Shown: positions 32,328 to 38,865 of the stretch, piece after piece | How the letters are laid out: every line of letters starts with the position of its first letter | How positions within the stretch are numbered: position 1 is the first letter of the stretch | NCBI GenBank assembly: GCA_015059445.1 | Contig: SVAK01000001.1 | Span: 25,951-89,950 of the forward strand | Source of the DNA: Bacillota bacterium | GTDB taxonomy: Bacteria; Bacillota_I; Bacilli_A; RF39; UBA660 | Length of the DNA: 64,000 nt | Direction of reading: 5' to 3' | Made by a program: the position numbers and the translations under genes | The notes under the pieces: generated by a model | Told to the model about the DNA's origin: nothing | Databases searched by the model: none | The model's input: the letters and a program-made list of their open reading frames with translations, nothing else

Positions 32328-33115
32328 TGCAAATAGAAATTATTATAATAGCAATTCTTATATTTGTTGTAATGACCTATAATGGTCAACTTAGCATTAA
32401 AGATTTAATTAATGACAATTTCCATTTATTTCGCAAATTAAAAGAAGATGATTGGGACTTTTATGTCAGAGCTAAATATGGTGATAATGTTAAATCTGAT
32501 AGTATTTTTATTAAAAGAATTAGAAACGGTTTAGCAGTAATTGTTATTTGTCTATTCTTTTTTATTAAAGATTTGGACGCTCTTAAAGTATTAATCTCAG
32601 TTGTGGTAGGATATCTAATATTTAAAATAGATTATTATGATATTAAATCTTTCTATAAAAGACATGTATACCACATTGATAGTATGTTACCGCATTATTT
32701 AAAAAGTATTGAAATATTAATACAACATTATACTGTACCAGTAGCAATCGGCAAATCTATTCTAGATGCTCCGGAAATTTTTAAAGATGGGTTACAGGAA
32801 ATGATTAATGAAATTAATTCTGGTAATGATACAATTGAACCTTATATGAATTTTGCTAAAAAATATCCGGTAAGGGATTCAATGCGTATGATGCGTCTTT
32901 TATATCGTTTGAGCTTAGGAAGTCAAGATAGAAAACAAGAGCAGATGATAATGTTCTCTAGAACTATTTCTAATCTACAACAAAAAGCAAGAGAAACAAA
33001 ATATAAAAATCGTTTAGATAAGATGGAAAGTAAAACCATGAGTATGTTGATGTCAACAGGATTTGGAGTAATGGTTTTGCTAGTATTAGCAGTATTACAA
33101 ATGATGAATTTATAA
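32327..33115 (+). CDS. TadC-like (T2SS-F-domain) pilus assembly membrane protein
   Basis: TAATG overlap with the tadB-like gene. Same architecture: TM, helical domain, TM. It is the paralogue partner of the upstream gene. Confidence 0.5.
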   Translation: MQIEIIIIAILIFVVMTYNGQLSIKDLINDNFHLFRKLKEDDWDFYVRAKYGDNVKSDSIFIKRIRNGLAVIVICLFFFIKDLDALKVLISVVVGYLIFKIDYYDIKSFYKRHVYHIDSMLPHYLKSIEILIQHYTVPVAIGKSILDAPEIFKDGLQEMINEINSGNDTIEPYMNFAKKYPVRDSMRMMRLLYRLSLGSQDRKQEQMIMFSRTISNLQQKARETKYKNRLDKMESKTMSMLMSTGFGVMVLLVLAVLQMMNL

Positions 33116-33212
33116 AAGGTTTTAACTAGCCTTTTATTTTTTTGTCTTGCTTTGCGTATCAGTAAGAATGTTGTCAATAATCATCTAATAATAATTTTTT
33201 ATTTTAAAAATG

Positions 33213-33241
33213 TTGTTATTTTTAAAATAATTAGTTATAAT
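33213..33241 (+). promoter_or_regulatory. Sigma-A-like promoter TTGTTA-17-TATAAT upstream of the tandem pilin-like genes
   Basis: -35 at 33213-33218 and a perfect -10 at 33236-33241. RBS GGAGGAG (33258-33264) precedes the TTG start at 33271. A weak hairpin/T-run follows the tadC stop upstream. Confidence 0.55.
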
Positions 33242-33270
33242 AAAAATATATAATAGAGGAGGAGATTAGT

Positions 33271-33534
33271 TTGAAAGAAGCAACTGGAGAATTAAATATG
33301 ACAGTTATTACTATAGTAGCAATAGGAGCATTGGTAGCATTCTTCTATTTGGTTATTTGGCCAAATATCCAAGTTGGTATGACTTTATCGTCTGCTTGTA
33401 ATAGTGCAGGGACTGCAGCGATGAATCAAACATTAGATGATGGTTCTACCATAGTTTGTAATGGTGCAGATCCAAATGTTTGTACATATACACCAGCAGG
33501 TGGAGGCGCTGCTACAACAAGAACTTGTGACTAA
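33271..33534 (+). CDS. Short pilin-like protein 1 (87 aa) with a Cys-rich C-terminus
   Basis: TTG start. MKEATGELN leader then hydrophobic helix MTVITIVAIGALVAFFYLVIW. C-terminal CNSAG...CNGADPNVCTYTPAGGGAATTRTCD. Confidence 0.5.
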   Translation: MKEATGELNMTVITIVAIGALVAFFYLVIWPNIQVGMTLSSACNSAGTAAMNQTLDDGSTIVCNGADPNVCTYTPAGGGAATTRTCD

Positions 33535-33540
33535 CTAATT

Positions 33541-33774
33541 ATGAAAGAAGCAACAGGTGAACTTAATGCCACTGTTGTAGTAGTATTGGCTATTGGAGTT
33601 CTAATAGCCTTTTTTTACTACACTTTGTGGCCTTTAATGAAAGATAATTTCAATAAAAATTCACAATGTAGTAAGGCTATTTGTGAATCATGTAATACGG
33701 GGAATTGTGATTATGTGACTTGTCATCCTAAAAATGATCCAACTACTGAATTTGAATGTGTATATAAAGGTTAA
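33541..33774 (+). CDS. Short pilin-like protein 2 (77 aa), tandem paralogue
   Basis: Identical MKEATGELN leader, hydrophobic helix ATVVVVLAIGVLIAFFYY, and a six-Cys C-terminus (CSKAICESCNTGNCDYVTC...C). Confidence 0.5.
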   Translation: MKEATGELNATVVVVLAIGVLIAFFYYTLWPLMKDNFNKNSQCSKAICESCNTGNCDYVTCHPKNDPTTEFECVYKG

Positions 33775-33786
33775 GGAAGTGATTTA

Positions 33787-34305
33787 ATGAAAGAAGCTTT
33801 GGGTGGAATATCTTTGTTTCAAATAGTTATAGTTTTTATTCTGCTATTTACAGGTATTATTTGTCTAACAATTAATCAATCTAAAGCTTTTGCTGTTAAA
33901 GATGAAATTATTACTATAATCCAAAATCAAAATATTGATTCATTTAGTAATGGTTCCGATTATAAACTCACTGACGATACATCTCAAAATATAGCGGTTC
34001 GTTTAAAAGATGCGGGATATAGAACTACTGGTAATTGTCCAAGTGGTGAATGGATTGGTTATAGTAGAGATGGCGTTGAAGTGAGTAATAACGCAGCCTT
34101 TTGCATTAGAGTTAATAATGTATCTAGCACGTTTTATTCAGATTTAGAAAATAAATGCACTGCTGATAAATGTATAATTACATCAGAAGATTACCCTTCG
34201 ATGGTTTATTATGATATCGTCTTATTTTATGAGTTAGATATACCAATATTAAAATATTTTATGAATTTTAAAATATATGGTTCTACGAAAGTATTGTTTG
34301 GTTAG
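33787..34305 (+). CDS. Pseudopilin/TadE-like minor pilin candidate (172 aa)
   Basis: MKEALGG leader plus the hydrophobic helix ISLFQIVIVFILLFTGIICL. Shares a GY(R/D)T(T/V)G(N/K)C block with the next gene. Confidence 0.45.
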   Translation: MKEALGGISLFQIVIVFILLFTGIICLTINQSKAFAVKDEIITIIQNQNIDSFSNGSDYKLTDDTSQNIAVRLKDAGYRTTGNCPSGEWIGYSRDGVEVSNNAAFCIRVNNVSSTFYSDLENKCTADKCIITSEDYPSMVYYDIVLFYELDIPILKYFMNFKIYGSTKVLFG

Positions 34306-34312
34306 GTGATTT

Positions 34313-34807
34313 ATGAAACAGGCAGTAGCAACAACATCTATTTTTAAAGTAGTATTAGTTTTTACGCTTTTATTTTCGGCATTTCTAGCAGTGGCAATAA
34401 CTTATAATAGAGTTTATAAGTTAAAAAATGAAACAATAGCTATAGTTGAAAAATATGAAGGAATAAGTAGAAAATCTTTAACTATAATCAATAATTATTT
34501 ACAAAATAGCGGTTATGATACAGTAGGAAAATGTGAAAATGGAGAATATGGGATAACCGATTTATCTAGTGATACTTATGAACTTTCCCAAAATAATAAA
34601 GATTATTATTATTGTTTGAATTTTTTTTGTCAAGGTTCAAGCTGTAATGTAAATGATTCTTCTACACCAAATGGTAATCAAATATTTTATAATGTTAAAT
34701 TCTTTTTTAAATTTAACATTCCATTTATTGGAGAATTATTTACTTTTAATATAAATGGCAATACAAAAGGAATTAAGCTTTATTCTGAAACACAAAAATT
34801 ATCATAG
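34313..34807 (+). CDS. Pseudopilin/TadE-like minor pilin candidate (164 aa), paralogue of the preceding gene
   Basis: MKQAVATTSIFKVVLVFTLLF leader/helix. Conserved GYDTVGKCENGEYG block. Confidence 0.45.
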   Translation: MKQAVATTSIFKVVLVFTLLFSAFLAVAITYNRVYKLKNETIAIVEKYEGISRKSLTIINNYLQNSGYDTVGKCENGEYGITDLSSDTYELSQNNKDYYYCLNFFCQGSSCNVNDSSTPNGNQIFYNVKFFFKFNIPFIGELFTFNINGNTKGIKLYSETQKLS

Positions 34808-34821
34808 AAGGAGTATTATAA

Positions 34822-35787
34822 ATGAATGTAATAATATCAAATAAATATCAAACTTTATTAGGAACATTAAATATTGATGTTATTAAAACTATCAATGGAG
34901 AGTTTAGTGTTCAAGATTTAGTTAATCAATTTAGTAATTTTTACTATAATAAAATGGTTATTGATATAACAGCAATTAAAAATTATCAGAATGTTAATGT
35001 TATGCGCGAGTTATCAATGAATTTTGAAATGGATAAAGTAGTTGTTTTATTAGATGATTCACCTCAGGTGAATTCATCAATGTACTTATCGCAATTAGTG
35101 TCAGTTGGAATTTATAATTTTACTAGAAGTGTAGATGCTATTCCTTTCTTAATTGAACATTCTAATTCATATAAAGATGTTGCTAGTTATCAAAACTTTA
35201 ACGCGAATTCCGGAAATTTTGTGCCAACTAAAGAAGAAAGTACTCCAGTTAAATTAGAACAAAGAGTTATAGGATTTAAAAATGTCACGGAACATGCCGG
35301 GGCTACAACTCTAATATATATGCTAAAAAAACATCTTCAAGACACATATAAAGTCAAAGCCATAGAGGTAAATAATAATGACTTTGAATATTTTAATGAT
35401 AAAACATTAGAAAGCGCTGACTTTATGAATGTTTCTTATAAAATTTCTAATTTTTCTGATGTAGAAGTAATTTTGGTGGATTTAAATGATGCTCCAGAAA
35501 GTATTTGTACTGAAATAATTTATTTAATTGAACCAGGAATAATTAAATTAAACAAGTTAATTAGAACTGATAGAAAAATATTTGATAAATTAAGAAATAA
35601 GAAAATAGTATTAAATAAAAGTGTATTAAGTAATAATGATGTATCTGATTTTGAATATGAAAGTGGCAGTAAAGTGTTTTTTAATATACCTTGTTTAGAC
35701 GAAAAATTGGATAATAACAAAAAAATTGTTGAGTTTTTAATTGCTCTAGGTTTTTCTAGATTAAATAGCGAAACCAAAAGATGGTAA
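34822..35787 (+). CDS. TadZ/CpaE-like protein with a degenerate ParA/MinD ATPase domain
   Basis: N-terminal receiver-like alpha/beta segment (VVVLLDD). Central segment RVIGFKNVTEHAGATTLIYML sits where the deviant Walker A (KGGxGKT) would be but lacks the Lys-Thr. ILVDLND resembles a Walker B. Confidence 0.4.
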   Translation: MNVIISNKYQTLLGTLNIDVIKTINGEFSVQDLVNQFSNFYYNKMVIDITAIKNYQNVNVMRELSMNFEMDKVVVLLDDSPQVNSSMYLSQLVSVGIYNFTRSVDAIPFLIEHSNSYKDVASYQNFNANSGNFVPTKEESTPVKLEQRVIGFKNVTEHAGATTLIYMLKKHLQDTYKVKAIEVNNNDFEYFNDKTLESADFMNVSYKISNFSDVEVILVDLNDAPESICTEIIYLIEPGIIKLNKLIRTDRKIFDKLRNKKIVLNKSVLSNNDVSDFEYESGSKVFFNIPCLDEKLDNNKKIVEFLIALGFSRLNSETKRW

Positions 35788-35814
35788 TTTATAGTCAAGA
35801 TAATTTGTTTTGTC

Positions 35815-35843
35815 TTGACATATATATATAAATTCGTTAGAAT
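35815..35843 (+). promoter_or_regulatory. Near-consensus sigma-A promoter TTGACA-17-TAGAAT at the boundary between the Tad-like and T4SS-like modules
   Basis: -35 TTGACA at 35815-35820 and -10 TAGAAT at 35838-35843. The RBS and ATG 35870 lie downstream. Confidence 0.6.
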
Positions 35844-35869
35844 TTAATTAAAGAAAGAAGGTTTAAAAT

Positions 35870-36259
35870 ATGTTAATAGCAGCAGGTTTATGTGAAGAAA
35901 CAGCAAATGTTTGGTATTTATTAGGATTAGTAGTAAATCTTATAAGAATAATTATTCCACTAATTTTAATTATATTGGGAATGTTAGATTTAGGAAAGGC
36001 TGTAGTAAACAGTGATGAAAAAGCTGTATCAAAAGCAGTAGGGACTTTAGCAAAAAGATTTGTAGGAGCTTTAATAATGTTCTTTATCCCAACAATTATT
36101 AGTGCAATCTTTAGTGCCCTTACTACAATAAATCTAACTAGTGGTGATGCTAATGTATGTATGCAATGTTTAACAAATGCAACTGGTGATACTCCGGTAG
36201 GTTCTCAAAATCAAAGTTGTAAAGCTTATGCTGATGCATTAAATGGAACTGGAAACTAA
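35870..36259 (+). CDS. Small two-helix membrane hairpin protein (129 aa), candidate major structural subunit (VirB2-analogue?)
   Basis: Two TM helices flank an amphipathic loop DLGKAVVNSDEKAVSKAVGTLAKRF. The C-terminal tail carries CMQC...SCK. The gene is bracketed by its own strong promoter and terminator. Confidence 0.5.
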   Translation: MLIAAGLCEETANVWYLLGLVVNLIRIIIPLILIILGMLDLGKAVVNSDEKAVSKAVGTLAKRFVGALIMFFIPTIISAIFSALTTINLTSGDANVCMQCLTNATGDTPVGSQNQSCKAYADALNGTGN

Positions 36260-36285
36260 AAAATCACATAAAGTGATTTTTTTTA
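36258..36285 (+). terminator. Rho-independent terminator right after the 129-aa hairpin gene
   Basis: Stem AAATCAC (36261-36267), loop ATAAA, stem GTGATTT (36273-36279), then a run of eight T. Confidence 0.65.
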
Positions 36286-36355
36286 TTTTATACTTTTAAA
36301 TTGTCTCGGAAAATGTTAAAATTGTATTATAAGTTATATAGATGGGATGTTGGGT

Positions 36356-37414
36356 ATGAAAAAACTTTTTTTGGCTTTTATAATTTGTTTATTTAGTATT
36401 CCGATTTTTACGCATGCAATAGCTGAATATGAATATGCTGATATTAAAAAATGTTACTTGAAAAATGTAGAGTCTACTAATATAGTAAATGATTCTTACA
36501 CAAATAATAAAAGTGCTTGTTTTCCTGCATTTGATAGAGGAGCAAATCAGATTGTTGATAAAGAACGTTTGGAAAACGAAAGTGCGTGTGATGACGGCTT
36601 TGAACTTTATCAAATAAAACATCCATATACAGACGAGCTTGGCAATGAATGGGAGGCTGTAGGTTATGGGTGTAGAAAAAAAACAGGTGAAGTATTTATA
36701 AATGAAACAATGTATTGTAGATACGATTTAAATAGTTATAAACTTATGTTAGTATACAAAAATAACAAATTTAGTATAAAAACTACAACTGTACGCCCTG
36801 ATGTAGAAATAGATTATATGCCTTCATATGATGATGCAACTTGGTCTTTAAGTTACACTAATTATTCTTTTAGTAATACTAATAAAGTCTTAGATGGTGT
36901 ATTATGGGGGTGCCCAAATTATGTTGAGCCTGTATTAGATAGTAATGGTAATGTTATTGAATATTCTTTTTATGATAAAAAAAATGATAACGAAAATGGA
37001 TATTCGATATATACAAAGGATGACACTGATGATAGTTTTTATGCTAGTCTTTGTTCTACAGATAATAAATCAACCACTCAAGTTAGATTAGCATTTAAAA
37101 TGGCTGGCTATGTAATACAAATAATAAAGTGGTTAATACCTATTCTGATTGTAGTTTTAGGTATGGTGGATTTTGGTCAAGCAGTTATATCTAATGACGA
37201 AAAAGCCTTAAGTAAATCTTTAGCATCTTTGACAAAAAGATTAATAGCAGGAGTAGTAGTGTTTTTTATACCTTCTATAATAATGGGAATATTAAGTGTA
37301 ATTGAAATTACAAAAGGAATTGAAAAAGAATCAAATTCAAATTTTGGGGCTTGTACAAAATGTTTATTTGATCCATTTGATAGTTGCGATATTCCCGAAG
37401 AATATAAAAAATAA
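36356..37414 (+). CDS. Secreted Cys/Tyr-rich protein (about 352 aa) anchored by a C-terminal two-helix hairpin, paralogous to 35870..36259
   Basis: Signal peptide MKKLFLAFIICLFSIPIFTHA. C-terminal IIKWLIPILIVVLGMVDFGQAVISNDEKALSKSLASLTKRLIAGVVVFFIPSII. CTKC near the C-terminus. I prefer ATG 36356 to the track's 36347. Confidence 0.55.
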   Translation: MKKLFLAFIICLFSIPIFTHAIAEYEYADIKKCYLKNVESTNIVNDSYTNNKSACFPAFDRGANQIVDKERLENESACDDGFELYQIKHPYTDELGNEWEAVGYGCRKKTGEVFINETMYCRYDLNSYKLMLVYKNNKFSIKTTTVRPDVEIDYMPSYDDATWSLSYTNYSFSNTNKVLDGVLWGCPNYVEPVLDSNGNVIEYSFYDKKNDNENGYSIYTKDDTDDSFYASLCSTDNKSTTQVRLAFKMAGYVIQIIKWLIPILIVVLGMVDFGQAVISNDEKALSKSLASLTKRLIAGVVVFFIPSIIMGILSVIEITKGIEKESNSNFGACTKCLFDPFDSCDIPEEYKK

Positions 37415-37455
37415 TGCTTAGTTAATGGTTTAATTAGATTAAAGGAGATATTTTA

Positions 37456-38847
37456 ATGAAAAGATATATAATTTTAATTGTTTTTATTTTTATGATGCTT
37501 ATGCCAACTTATACTGAAGCAAAAGAATACCAAGAATTAGTTTGTATGTATGTGGTAGCTTCAGATACAACTGGAGAACATGCGATTCTTATTGAGCAGT
37601 TATCAGATGGAAGCAAAACGGTTTATACAAGAAAGCCAAATACTTATAAAGATGATAGTGATAAAACTTACAATTTTATAAGAGACAAGTGGGATACTAT
37701 TGGTGAGATTATGGGAGGAAATAACTCAAAATATGATATTAAAGACTGGGAAAATGGTTGGGTTGAAACTCCAAATATAAACTGGTATTCTGAAATTCAA
37801 CCACTGGGAACTTATGATTACAGAAATGGCGATTTTTGTGATGCGAGCAGTGGAACGGATTATCTTTGTGAAGGTTATATAAAAAAAATTACAGCTTCTG
37901 AATTTGATTTGGCTGATTATTGTGGCGACGATGACATGAATTTATATAGATTTCATGATACTGCAAGTGAGGAAGTTGGATCTCCTTATTGGGATTATAC
38001 TACTTCTGCATTCTATGCAACTCTTACTAAGAGACATTTAGTTTTTAGTGAAGATATTTTGTCTTTGGAAACAAATGAAGGTTTTATAGAATATGTATTT
38101 GCAGCCTCTTCATTCACTATCGGAAAACATGATGGAAGTGGTAACTTAGATCCGGGGTATCAAGGTGCCATAGATAATATAGATACTATAATTCCTTATG
38201 ATGGTGATTATGAGGAATATAAAAATATAAAGTATAATACATACTGGAATATGTACTGTCATTATGGTTCGCCATTAAATATGAAAACGGTTGTGGAATT
38301 GTATGTTAATAATAGTACTCTATTATTATATAACCCGAACTCTGAAACAAATTATCCTTATTCAGCTTTTAATCACGATGATGTAAAAAATATGGAATCT
38401 TGTCCTCCAGTCTTATATGGAGTGGGAGCTATAGTAGATGGTATCCAACATTATACTTATTATTTGAAGGAACCTGCTTTATGGTCTGGATATTCTTTGC
38501 TTTATTCAGGTAGTGGATTTGTACCAGGCGAAGAGAATGTTTTGATCCAAGAGCAAAGTTGTGAGTCTCTGTTAGGCAATCCTCAGACTAATGGAACACC
38601 AGCTTATTACTTGCAATTTGTTCTAAATTTGATTAAATATGCTGCCATCATATTGCTAGTAGTATTAAGTATTTTTGATTTTGTCGGCGCCGTTTCATCA
38701 CATGATCAAGAAATACTTTCTAAGTGTGTCAAAAAAGTCGGTTTTAGACTTATTTGGTGTGTAGCTATATTCTTTATTCCAACCATACTAAATTATATAT
38801 TTACATTTGTAGAAATATATAGTCCTAGTACATGCGGAATTAAATAA
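37456..38847 (+). CDS. Secreted protein (463 aa) with a C-terminal two-helix hairpin module, third paralogue
   Basis: Signal peptide MKRYIILIVFIFMMLMPTYTEA. C-terminal LIKYAAIILLVVLSIFDFVGAVSSHDQEILSKCVKKVGFRLIWCVAIFFIPTIL. Confidence 0.55.
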   Translation: MKRYIILIVFIFMMLMPTYTEAKEYQELVCMYVVASDTTGEHAILIEQLSDGSKTVYTRKPNTYKDDSDKTYNFIRDKWDTIGEIMGGNNSKYDIKDWENGWVETPNINWYSEIQPLGTYDYRNGDFCDASSGTDYLCEGYIKKITASEFDLADYCGDDDMNLYRFHDTASEEVGSPYWDYTTSAFYATLTKRHLVFSEDILSLETNEGFIEYVFAASSFTIGKHDGSGNLDPGYQGAIDNIDTIIPYDGDYEEYKNIKYNTYWNMYCHYGSPLNMKTVVELYVNNSTLLLYNPNSETNYPYSAFNHDDVKNMESCPPVLYGVGAIVDGIQHYTYYLKEPALWSGYSLLYSGSGFVPGEENVLIQEQSCESLLGNPQTNGTPAYYLQFVLNLIKYAAIILLVVLSIFDFVGAVSSHDQEILSKCVKKVGFRLIWCVAIFFIPTILNYIFTFVEIYSPSTCGIK

Positions 38848-38865
38848 TAAAGAAAGGAGTAACAA

